NCBI GenBank assembly: GCA_934154805.1
Contig: CAKPGM010000009.1
Span: 372-64,371, forward strand
Direction: 5' to 3'
Source: an uncultured Clostridia bacterium
GTDB taxonomy: Bacteria; Bacillota; Clostridia; TANB77; CAG-508
Length of the DNA stretch: 64,000 nucleotides
Numbering within the stretch: the first letter of the stretch is position 1; each line of letters starts with the position of its first letter. Positions 39,113 to 47,855 of the stretch are shown in pieces. The notes beneath the pieces were generated by a model that saw only the letters and a list, made by a program, of their open reading frames with translations, was not told the origin of the DNA and did no database searches. Position numbers and translations under genes: made by a program.

Positions 39113-39670
39113 CTAATTTAATGTATTCATTGCATTGTCTATTCCTATTTTTAAGCATAATTTAACTGCTTCTGCAGCTAATTCTACTCCTTTTTCTAAT
39201 CTTGCGTATTCCTCTTTATCAACTTTTTCTATAACGTAGCTTATTAGGTTTGCCATCTCTTCTTTTGAGCCTGTTCCCACTCTTATTCTTGGAAATTCTT
39301 TTGAACCTAATTCATATACAACAGATTTCATTCCATTGTGTGATCCTGGCCCACCTTTTTTTCTTATTTTTATTGTTCCTGTTTCTACATCTATATCATC
39401 ATATATTACAATAATTTTGTCCATATCTACCTTATAGAAATCTGCAAATGGTTTTATAGCCTCACCACTTAAGTTCATATAAGTTTGAGGTTTTAATAAG
39501 ATTACTTTTTCGTTTTCAATTGTCCCAGTTCCATATAAAGCATTGTATTTTTCTTTTTTTACCTCAATATCGAATTCTTTTGATAATTTGTTTATTACAT
39601 CAAATCCCATATTGTGTCTTGTTTTTGCATATTCTGGCTCTGGATTTCCAAGTCCTACTATTAAATACAT
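39113..39670 (-). CDS. pth: Peptidyl-tRNA hydrolase
   Basis: 185 aa; MYLIVGLGNPEPEY, TRHNMGF motifs. Confidence 0.93.
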   Translation of the reverse strand: MYLIVGLGNPEPEYAKTRHNMGFDVINKLSKEFDIEVKKEKYNALYGTGTIENEKVILLKPQTYMNLSGEAIKPFADFYKVDMDKIIVIYDDIDVETGTIKIRKKGGPGSHNGMKSVVYELGSKEFPRIRVGTGSKEEMANLISYVIEKVDKEEYARLEKGVELAAEAVKLCLKIGIDNAMNTLN

Positions 39671-39865
39671 TTTTCCTACTTCCTAGCATAAAAATATTAT
39701 GGTAAGTATAGCATAATTTTTGACACTTTGCAAGAAATATTATATAATTCTAGTGTTAGAAAAAGTTTGTCGAATTATTGTATATGAAATATTTTTTTAC
39801 TTACTATTTTCTACAAAATATTTAATTTAGATTATTTATAATAATTATAGAAATTGGAGAGCTAT

Positions 39866-40774
39866 ATGGAGAACGAAAATTTTAAATCAGGATTTGTATC
39901 AATGCTTGGAAGAACTAATGTAGGAAAGTCTAGCATTATCAATGCTCTAGTTGGTGAAAAGGTTGCAGCTGTTGCTAATAAAACACAGACTACTAGAACC
40001 GCTATAAGAGCTATTGTTAATCGTCCTAACAGTCAGATTATTTTTGTTGATACACCTGGAATTCATAAACCAAAGTCAAAACTTGGAGATGTTATGGTTG
40101 AAACAGCTTTTGGTGCTTCTTCAGATGTTGACATTGTACTTTTTGTAGTTGACGCAACATCAGAAGACATTGGCAAGGGTGATAGACTAATTTTAGACAA
40201 GATTATTGATTCTAAGAAAAAATGTATTTTGATAATTAACAAAGTAGATTTGGTAGATAAAGCACAAATTGCAAAATTAATTGAGCTTTATTCTAAAGAA
40301 TATAATTTCACTGCTGTTGTTCCAGTTTCTGTAATAAAAAACAAGAATCTAGATGTTCTTCTTGATGAGATAGAAAACAACTTAAAAGTTGGTCCTGCAT
40401 ATTATAATGTAGAGGAATATACTGACCAAACATTAAGACAACTAGCTGAAGAAACTATTAGAGAAAAGACTTTAAGGTTATTAGATCAAGAAGTTCCACA
40501 TGGAATTTATATTGAAGTCGAAAAAATGAAGTTCAGAAAAACCGTTGAGAAACAAAGCATTTGTGATATTTCTGCAACTATTTATTGTTTAAAGAAATCT
40601 CATAAAGGTATTATTATTGGTAAAGACGGAAAAATGTTAAAGAGAATTGGGACTTATGCAAGAGAAGATTTAGAGAAAACTTTAGATACAAAAGTCAATT
40701 TGCAATTATGGGTTAAAGTTAGAGAAGATTGGATTAATGATTCAAATTTAGTAAAAAAATTTAAATTACAATAA
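39866..40774 (+). CDS. era: GTPase Era
   Basis: G1 GRTNVGKSS, G3 DTPG, NKVD, C-terminal KH domain; ATG 39866 after GGAGA (the ORF-track TTG 39854 is less likely). Confidence 0.93.
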   Translation: MENENFKSGFVSMLGRTNVGKSSIINALVGEKVAAVANKTQTTRTAIRAIVNRPNSQIIFVDTPGIHKPKSKLGDVMVETAFGASSDVDIVLFVVDATSEDIGKGDRLILDKIIDSKKKCILIINKVDLVDKAQIAKLIELYSKEYNFTAVVPVSVIKNKNLDVLLDEIENNLKVGPAYYNVEEYTDQTLRQLAEETIREKTLRLLDQEVPHGIYIEVEKMKFRKTVEKQSICDISATIYCLKKSHKGIIIGKDGKMLKRIGTYAREDLEKTLDTKVNLQLWVKVREDWINDSNLVKKFKLQ

Positions 40775-40855
40775 TTGCTAGTATAAATGGTTTGAATTTA
40801 CAAAAGATAAATAAAAATTGGTATGCTTTTAATGCTACATAGGAGATGATTTCAT

Positions 40856-41017
40856 ATGATAAAAAAAATAGCTTGGAATACTTTTAAAAATACTGGAAAT
40901 ATTAATACTTTTTTAGAATTGCTAGAGGTTGAAAATGCTGAGAAGAATTTACAAAAAAGCGATCCTAATGTTACTAATATTGAAGTAAAAAATGATGATA
41001 AAATGAATAATTTATAA
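40856..41017 (+). CDS. yqzL: YqzL family small protein (53 aa), not in ORF track
   Basis: AGGAGA 9 nt upstream; MIKKIAWNTFKNTGNINTFLELLEVEN matches the YqzL W..F..TG.I.TYL pattern; conserved era-yqzL-recO position. Confidence 0.7.
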   Translation: MIKKIAWNTFKNTGNINTFLELLEVENAEKNLQKSDPNVTNIEVKNDDKMNNL

Positions 41018-41027
41018 GAAGGATTTT

Positions 41028-41753
41028 ATGGGAATAATAAAGACAAAAGGAATTGTACTACTAGAAAGTAATATGGGAGATTTTGATAAGATGGTTTCTA
41101 TTCTTACTCCCGACATTGGCAAGATTGGGTGTGCAGCTAAAGGTGCCAGAAAGCCTAAAAGCTCACTTTTAGCTGGTACTCAATTTTTAAGTTTCAGCGA
41201 TTTAGTTATTTTTAAGGGTGTAAACTCTTATAACATTAACTCTTGCGAAGCTATTGAAGTTTTTTATAACATTCGTACAGATTTAGATAAACTAAATTAT
41301 GCTGCTTTTATGACCAGATTGGTTTCAGACGTTACTTATGAGAACCAATATACTTATAATATTTTGCAACTATTGCTTAACACTCTTTACTTGCTTTCTG
41401 AAACTGATACTGATAAAGATTTTATATTGTCCGTTTTTGAAATTAGATTAATGGTTATTTTAGGTTTTTGTCCTAGACTAGATAAGTGTGCTTTATGTGG
41501 CAATAAAGAGAATATTGGTTATTTTAGCATTTCTAATAATGGTTATTTGTGTAATAATTGTGGATTTTTAGATAAATCCGCAATAAAAATCTGTAGAGAT
41601 ACTTTTAATGCTTTAAAATACATAGCATCTGCTCCAGCAAAAAAGCTGCATTCTTTTACAGTATCTGATGAAGCAAAAAAGGAATTAAAATTAATCAGTA
41701 ATTTGTTTGTTAATCATAATTTAGACAAAGAATATAAGTTAGAAAAATACTAA
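41028..41753 (+). CDS. recO: DNA repair protein RecO
   Basis: 241 aa; OB-fold N-domain, zinc finger CALCG ... CNNCG. Confidence 0.9.
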   Translation: MGIIKTKGIVLLESNMGDFDKMVSILTPDIGKIGCAAKGARKPKSSLLAGTQFLSFSDLVIFKGVNSYNINSCEAIEVFYNIRTDLDKLNYAAFMTRLVSDVTYENQYTYNILQLLLNTLYLLSETDTDKDFILSVFEIRLMVILGFCPRLDKCALCGNKENIGYFSISNNGYLCNNCGFLDKSAIKICRDTFNALKYIASAPAKKLHSFTVSDEAKKELKLISNLFVNHNLDKEYKLEKY

Positions 41754-41788
41754 AAGAACTGCCTTGCTTTTGGCAGTTCTTATTTTTT
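41754..41788. terminator. Bidirectional intrinsic terminator
   Basis: aagaactgcc/ggcagttctt 10-bp stem followed by T6. Confidence 0.75.
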
Positions 41789-41789
41789 A

Positions 41790-42860
41790 TTATTCTGTTA
41801 TTGTATTTGCCTCTACTGGTTCTTCTTGTCCTTCGATTACAACTTTTGCATCTATTGGACATATTTGCACAAATGTGTTTCCATCATTTACATCAATTTC
41901 GTTTCCTTCAAGGTCTTTATACACAGTTTGTTCACTTCTTGAGGATTTTTCACAAGTTATTTCTATTGCTCTACCATTTGTTATGTAGTAACCTTTTAAG
42001 TTGTTTACATTATATAGAGTTTGTCTTCCTTTTCCTTCTCCATCATTTAGTGTAGCATTTCTGGCAAATGTGATTATAATATTCTTTGTTGTGATTTTTT
42101 CGCCTGTATTCCAGTCTGTTTCTTCTACGCCTTTTGAATATCTTTGATATCTTTGTGTTTCTGCATCATATGTATATTTTACTGTATTTGAGTTTGTGTT
42201 TGTGTATGGTATTGTTATTGTATCTGCTTTTTGTCCATTTTCTAATGTTACATCATCTGTTACATAGTGTAATACACTCTTTTTGTCTGATGTCATTCTG
42301 TAGTTCTTACGTTGTGCGATTTCTTTTATTTTTGCTATGCTTGTTGCAACATTGTGTGGTGCGCTCTTGTCTTTTACTCTCCAGAATGATGTTGAACTTT
42401 CTGATATTCCGTTTATGTTATTTACCTTCAAATTAGATATATCATATTCTGCTTGTGGACTCCATCCAAAGTGTACATATATAGCATCATTTTCAAGTGC
42501 ATAATCTAAGAAATAATGTCTTGAGCTTCTTACTGGTCCTATTTTTTCTAGGTCCTTTCCTTTAAATAAAGCCATTAATCTGCTTTCTCCACCTTCAACA
42601 ATTATTTCATAAACCATATAAGCATCATTTAAACCACCTTGTGGTAAAGCTCCTTTATGATTATCTATCATTAAAGCTATTGGTCTTTCTGTTCCTGTAA
42701 AAATCTGAACCTCTTTTTTTGGTTCTTCTTTTGGCTCTTCTATAATTTCAGTTCCCAAGTCGGTTACTTGTTTTGTTTTATTTTTATATATTCTATAGCC
42801 TAGATATCCTCCAGCAGCTAGTATTACTATTACTACTAATATTATTAAAAATTTCTTCAT
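41790..42860 (-). CDS. DUF3048 (YerB-like) secreted/membrane-anchored protein
   Basis: 356 aa; N-terminal TM; motif PIALMIDNHKGALPQGGLNDAYMVYEIIVEGGESRLMALF. Confidence 0.75.
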   Translation of the reverse strand: MKKFLIILVVIVILAAGGYLGYRIYKNKTKQVTDLGTEIIEEPKEEPKKEVQIFTGTERPIALMIDNHKGALPQGGLNDAYMVYEIIVEGGESRLMALFKGKDLEKIGPVRSSRHYFLDYALENDAIYVHFGWSPQAEYDISNLKVNNINGISESSTSFWRVKDKSAPHNVATSIAKIKEIAQRKNYRMTSDKKSVLHYVTDDVTLENGQKADTITIPYTNTNSNTVKYTYDAETQRYQRYSKGVEETDWNTGEKITTKNIIITFARNATLNDGEGKGRQTLYNVNNLKGYYITNGRAIEITCEKSSRSEQTVYKDLEGNEIDVNDGNTFVQICPIDAKVVIEGQEEPVEANTITE

Positions 42861-42882
42861 TTTTTATTACTTCCCCTTTGTT

Positions 42883-43635
42883 TTATTGTATTTTAAATAT
42901 TGTTAATCCATACACAAGCATTACTATTAATACTCCCATACAAGCTCCAAATACTACTTCTGCTTTAGTTCTTGCATTGTTATATACTCTATTTCCGACT
43001 ACTAATAACGATAAGACTAATGCTAATGTAAATGTTACTATATCTTTACTATTAATCCAGATAGCTGTAAGTACTGCAAATGCTATTGCAGATTGTCCAC
43101 TTGGTACAAAACCTTCTTTTATAAGTTGTCCTCTTTCCTTTTTCTTAGAACAACTTGCCTTTATAGCAATTACCGCAATTACAACTAATATAATTGCTAC
43201 AAATGCTAAATGTTGAGGAGATTTAACCATATTGTTGAATATGCTATCGCTTATTGCTTTCATATTTTCTGCATTAAAGAATATAAAATATCCAACAATT
43301 AATGCATTACATGCAGATAAGACAACTGCTCCTGCTGCAACATCTTTTGCTATTTTTGCTTTTGGATGATATACATCTACAAATAAATCAACAACTGTTT
43401 CTATCGCTGTATTTACCATTTCTGCAAATATTACAAAAAACAATGCAAATACTAAACACAAAAACTCTGTTGTACCTAACCCATAAAATAATGATAAAGC
43501 CAGAACTATTACTGCTAGTATTAGTTGTATTCTAAAGTTTCTTTGTGTTGTTGCTGTGTAGATTATACCATTTATTGCATTATACCAAGCTTCTATAAAA
43601 TTATCATTTTTCAGTTTATGCTCATCCTTTTTCAT
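42883..43635 (-). CDS. dgkA: Diacylglycerol/undecaprenol kinase (DgkA) fused to a degenerate PAP2-like domain
   Basis: N-terminal ~120 aa DgkA (AEMVNTAIETVVD, KDVAAGAVVLS); C-terminal ~125 aa with PSGQ and NRVYNNARTKAE where PAP2 has PSGH and SR-x5-H-x3-D. Confidence 0.7.
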   Translation of the reverse strand: MKKDEHKLKNDNFIEAWYNAINGIIYTATTQRNFRIQLILAVIVLALSLFYGLGTTEFLCLVFALFFVIFAEMVNTAIETVVDLFVDVYHPKAKIAKDVAAGAVVLSACNALIVGYFIFFNAENMKAISDSIFNNMVKSPQHLAFVAIILVVIAVIAIKASCSKKKERGQLIKEGFVPSGQSAIAFAVLTAIWINSKDIVTFTLALVLSLLVVGNRVYNNARTKAEVVFGACMGVLIVMLVYGLTIFKIQ

Positions 43636-43643
43636 TTTAACCC

Positions 43644-44129
43644 CTATTGTCTTGTAATATTTAATTTACTTAGTACATTTTCTTCTTTTTCTCTCATCAC
43701 ACTTTTTTCTTCTTCGTTCATATGATCATATCCCATTATATGATAAAATCCGTGTACCACCATATATGCTAGTTCCCTTTGAACACTATGTCCATATTCT
43801 TCAGCTTGTTCGATTACTCTTGGTATAGAAATCATTATATCTCCTAAAACATCCTCTATTTGCTCATCATCTTCAGCAGAGATTATTGCTTCTATTTCAT
43901 CCTTTTCAAACATCGGAAATGATAGCACGTCAGTTTCTTTATCTATATTTCTATATTTTTTATTTGTTGTTCTTATTATTTCAGGATTTGTTAATATTAC
44001 ATTTAAATACAACTTTGTTTTTGTTAAATTTTCTACATTAAAACAAGTTTCTACAACATTTTCTATTAATTCTTTGTACTCTGCTGATTCTGGTATTTCT
44101 AAAAATTCTATTTGTGAATAATTTTCCAA
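43644..44129 (-). CDS. ybeY: rRNA maturation endoribonuclease YbeY
   Basis: 161 aa; H-x3-H-x5-H motif HGFYHIMGYDH. Confidence 0.92.
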   Translation of the reverse strand: MENYSQIEFLEIPESAEYKELIENVVETCFNVENLTKTKLYLNVILTNPEIIRTTNKKYRNIDKETDVLSFPMFEKDEIEAIISAEDDEQIEDVLGDIMISIPRVIEQAEEYGHSVQRELAYMVVHGFYHIMGYDHMNEEEKSVMREKEENVLSKLNITRQ

Positions 44130-44153
44130 AATATTACCTCTTTTATTGATAAA

Positions 44154-45383
44154 TTATATTACTTTTTCTTTTATAGAAATTTCTTCTGTTTTCTTGCCTG
44201 TATAGTCACCTTCTGAAATGCAACTATTCTTTAATTCTCTCATTGCATTTAGTGCTACTAATTTTCTCTTATAGAATTTTATAATTCTGCAATATCTGTT
44301 TTCATTTTTGAATACTTCTCTTAATTCTCTTTTTAAGAATAATTTTTCTTTTTCTTTTGAATATGTTATGTAATCGCTTTCTTTAATTTGCATAATGTTT
44401 TTATATGTATTCCAGAATTTTTTGTATGCTTCCCTATCTGCTAACTTGTCCCAATAGATTTTTGTAGATAATAGACGTAGATTGTAATCGTCTATTATAT
44501 TTATTAATAAACTATATGCTTTTTCTTGCTTTCTAGCTATTTTTGTGTCCATTATTAAAGTTCTAACATCTACCAATAATTTTTCGTAGCATTGTTCTGC
44601 AACTACTAATGGCAAGCTATGTGTGAATAGTCTCCTACTAATTCCTAATAGAATCATATTCTTCTCAATTATATCGTTTTGATCTAATTTTCCTACTGAA
44701 AATCTTTCAAAATTCTTATAGTCATTTAATATTTCTTTATATATTTTATTTTCTGGATCTTCCTTCATTTTTATTGGTAATATAGTTGTTATATATTCCT
44801 CAACTGTTGAGAATATTTTTCCATATATTATTTCTTTATCCATCTGTGAAATATTTTCAGACAATTTTATTGAATAATTTTTTAGAAGTTTTTTATACAA
44901 ATCTTCCATTCTCATTGCATAAAATTGCTCATATCTATTTATCAATTTTTCTTTATTTAATTCATTTACAGTATCGTAATCTAATTGCATTAAGAAGATT
45001 TGTTTTCTGTATTTATACTCTAAGTATTCTGTATCTTTTAAATGTATTACCATATAATATTTTGATAATGCTTCTTTTTCGAATCCTGTAGCTGTGTCAT
45101 TCTTAACTTTTTTATAGACATTATCCATCATATGTTTATCTATTGCTTCTAAATACAAAGAATAAATATCTTCATACTTCTTTTCAAGTTCACTTTGGTT
45201 TTCTGAAGACTCTTGTTGAGCTTCTTGATAAGTTTCATAAGCTTTTAGCACATTATTTCTCTTGATAGAGATTAACATTCCATTAATTCCTATCTTCGTT
45301 GGTATCAACAACTTTGTTATAGTATTTGTTATCTTCGTAAAAAATTTTTTGTCTGAATAGACTCTAAGACTTTTTTCTTCCAT
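44154..45383 (-). CDS. Hypothetical soluble protein (409 aa) between yqfD and ybeY
   Basis: ATG 45383 after AAAGGAAG; K/E/Y-rich, helical; no motif recognised. Confidence 0.6.
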   Translation of the reverse strand: MEEKSLRVYSDKKFFTKITNTITKLLIPTKIGINGMLISIKRNNVLKAYETYQEAQQESSENQSELEKKYEDIYSLYLEAIDKHMMDNVYKKVKNDTATGFEKEALSKYYMVIHLKDTEYLEYKYRKQIFLMQLDYDTVNELNKEKLINRYEQFYAMRMEDLYKKLLKNYSIKLSENISQMDKEIIYGKIFSTVEEYITTILPIKMKEDPENKIYKEILNDYKNFERFSVGKLDQNDIIEKNMILLGISRRLFTHSLPLVVAEQCYEKLLVDVRTLIMDTKIARKQEKAYSLLINIIDDYNLRLLSTKIYWDKLADREAYKKFWNTYKNIMQIKESDYITYSKEKEKLFLKRELREVFKNENRYCRIIKFYKRKLVALNAMRELKNSCISEGDYTGKKTEEISIKEKVI

Positions 45384-45397
45384 TTTATATCTTCCTT

Positions 45398-46582
45398 TCA
45401 AAATACTATTTTCTCTTTGGTCCCTATATTTTCTAACACTTCATAAGTAACTTCTACGTCTATGTAATCCTCACCTGCGTAAGAATTTTCGTACTTTTGT
45501 AACACATTTTCTTTGTTTGGTATTTCTTGTTCTATTTTTTCAGAAGCTTTATCTATACCAATCTGCTTTGCATCTTCTATTCCGTAAGTAATTTTCTCTT
45601 CCACTTTTTCTGTATTTGTAATTTTTATTAGCTCGATTGGTAAATATAAATCAGAAAATATTTTCAACTTTTTGCTCGCTTCTATTGTATCATATTTTTC
45701 AAATTTTGAAAGGGTTTTGAACAAATTTATTGAAAAATTATTTAATTTTATTTTGTATTTATTTTCTACATTCTCCGTACTCCTCTCTACGACTTGATTT
45801 AGCGAAATTCTTTCTTTTTGACTATACCATACTTTAGCTAATACTTCTCCCTCTGCATGCACATATCTAGTTCCTGTATACTTACCTTCTATCCAACCTG
45901 CAATTAAAGTATCACCTTTTGTTACAATATCTCCCTCTTTTACTACGGGGATACCATTTTGAGCACTCACCTTCACAATTTGTGCATCTTTTGTTGATAC
46001 AATACTGCAATAATCTTCATCATTTATAATCTCTGGCTTAGAATTTGCCTCTACTATTTTTACTGTTGCATTTGTTCCTTCTATTGAGATTCCAACCCAA
46101 GAAATATCATCTCTTTGCATTCTTATTTCATTGATTACCTTTTGTTTATTAATTGATGACTTCAATTTTCCGGTTGTTAGTCCATTCTCGTTTAATATGT
46201 TCTCGATTTCACTTTTTTCTATTTTATCTAGTCCTTCTATTCTTATATTCCATATAAATCTAGATAAGCCAATAAGAAGAGCAAATATCAGTATTACTAC
46301 TACTAAAAACACTTTCCTTTTTTTATATCTGTAAAGCAAGAATGGTAGTCCCTTTTTATCTAATATCTCAACTTTGCATTTTGTTTCTTTTGCTATTTTT
46401 CGTATCTTTTTAAACTCGTTTATGCCAACATTTGTGTAGACTATTGTAGATTTTTCTCTTTTTATATTCCAGAAGAATATTTTATTATTAATACATTTAT
46501 TTATAAATTTCTCTACAAAATAACCCTCAATTTTAATGCTGACATATCCTATTAAATTTTTTAATAATATCTTAAATAGCAT
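45398..46582 (-). CDS. yqfD: Sporulation protein YqfD
   Basis: 394 aa; characteristic N-terminus (GYVSIKIEGYFVEKFIN), single central TM, position after yqfC. Confidence 0.85.
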   Translation of the reverse strand: MLFKILLKNLIGYVSIKIEGYFVEKFINKCINNKIFFWNIKREKSTIVYTNVGINEFKKIRKIAKETKCKVEILDKKGLPFLLYRYKKRKVFLVVVILIFALLIGLSRFIWNIRIEGLDKIEKSEIENILNENGLTTGKLKSSINKQKVINEIRMQRDDISWVGISIEGTNATVKIVEANSKPEIINDEDYCSIVSTKDAQIVKVSAQNGIPVVKEGDIVTKGDTLIAGWIEGKYTGTRYVHAEGEVLAKVWYSQKERISLNQVVERSTENVENKYKIKLNNFSINLFKTLSKFEKYDTIEASKKLKIFSDLYLPIELIKITNTEKVEEKITYGIEDAKQIGIDKASEKIEQEIPNKENVLQKYENSYAGEDYIDVEVTYEVLENIGTKEKIVF

Positions 46583-46597
46583 CTTTCTCCCCTTGCT

Positions 46598-46879
46598 TTA
46601 CTCTTCTATCTTTTCAAAATCCACAGTTTCTATATCTCCTGTAACCATTATGTCATCAGAAGTCATCTCTCCTAGTTTTAAATTGAAACCATTAATATTA
46701 ACAATTCCAATATATGTTTTTATTCTAATATAAATGTCTTGATATTCCAAAATTGCTTTGTAATTTTCTATTAACATTTGTTTAAAGCCTGCAATTGTTA
46801 TTTTAGGCTCATTTGTAGATATTTCTTTTGGAACTTCAAGTAACCTATCTAATACTCTTTCTTTTTTGTTTCTCCTCAA
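46598..46879 (-). CDS. yqfC: Sporulation protein YqfC (YabP family)
   Basis: 93 aa; YabP-like beta protein; precedes yqfD. Confidence 0.8.
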   Translation of the reverse strand: MRRNKKERVLDRLLEVPKEISTNEPKITIAGFKQMLIENYKAILEYQDIYIRIKTYIGIVNINGFNLKLGEMTSDDIMVTGDIETVDFEKIEE

Positions 46880-46896
46880 ATTTTCTTCCTCCTGTT

Positions 46897-47727
46897 CTAT
46901 TTTTCAAATTGATCAATATTTCTAAACTCATATCCCATATTCTTTATTTCTTTTATTACATCATCTAAAATGTTCGCATTATCTTTTGATGTTGCATGAA
47001 GTAGCATTATCTCTCCATTATGAACATTGTCTAATATCTTCTTTCTTCCATAATCTTCTCTTCCTTGTTTTTTCTCATCCCAGTCGTCATAACCAAAAGA
47101 CCACATTACACTCGTATACCCCAATGTATTTGTATAAGCAACAGTTCTTTCACTATATTCACCTTTTGGTGGTCTGATAAATTTCATTTCGTATCCAAAC
47201 TTTTCGTATATAGCTGAATGTAAATCCATTACTTCTTTTTTTATGGTGTCTAAGCTACAAGATGGCATAGATTTGTGATTCACTGTATGATTTCCTACAA
47301 TATGTCCTTCATCTATCATTTGTTTTACTAAATCTGGTTGGGTATTTAAATAATGTGCGGTTATAAAAAATGTTGCTTTTACATCATTTTGTTTTAACAC
47401 TTCCAAAATTTTTGATGTATATCCTGCTTCATATCCCAAATCAAATGTCAGGTATATTAGCTTTTGCTCTTTGTTTCCCATATATATTCCTTGATATTTG
47501 TCCAATATCTTTCTGTTTACAGTTCCCACATCTGGTTGTTCATTATTGTCGTTTCTTTTTATTCCCCATCCAATTTTCTTATTGTCTAAACTGTCTATAT
47601 TCACTCCATCCACAGTTGTGCTAGTCAAAACATTCTTGTTTGTATCTGTATTTCCAACAATAATCACTCCTAATAGAAAAGCTGTCGCCACAACGAATAT
47701 AGATATTCTCTCGATTATCTTTTTCAT
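46897..47727 (-). CDS. pdaA: Polysaccharide deacetylase, PdaA-like (delta-lactam de-N-acetylase)
   Basis: 276 aa; signal/TM; IGWGIKRN, LTFDLGYEAGYT, GNHTVNH motifs. Confidence 0.7.
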   Translation of the reverse strand: MKKIIERISIFVVATAFLLGVIIVGNTDTNKNVLTSTTVDGVNIDSLDNKKIGWGIKRNDNNEQPDVGTVNRKILDKYQGIYMGNKEQKLIYLTFDLGYEAGYTSKILEVLKQNDVKATFFITAHYLNTQPDLVKQMIDEGHIVGNHTVNHKSMPSCSLDTIKKEVMDLHSAIYEKFGYEMKFIRPPKGEYSERTVAYTNTLGYTSVMWSFGYDDWDEKKQGREDYGRKKILDNVHNGEIMLLHATSKDNANILDDVIKEIKNMGYEFRNIDQFEK

Positions 47728-47823
47728 AATTTAAAAATTCTCCCTTCTTACTTTTTCCGTTTGCTATTCTAATATTATGAAAAAGAATACAAATATAGAA
47801 CTTTCGTAATTGTTCTTTTACAC

Positions 47824-47855
47824 AAAAAAACAAATAGCTAAATCGCTATTTGTTT
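47824..47855 (-). terminator. Intrinsic terminator ending the glycan operon
   Basis: caaatagc/gctatttg stem (47831-47838 / 47845-47852) overlapping the TAG stop, then U7 on the minus strand. Confidence 0.7.
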
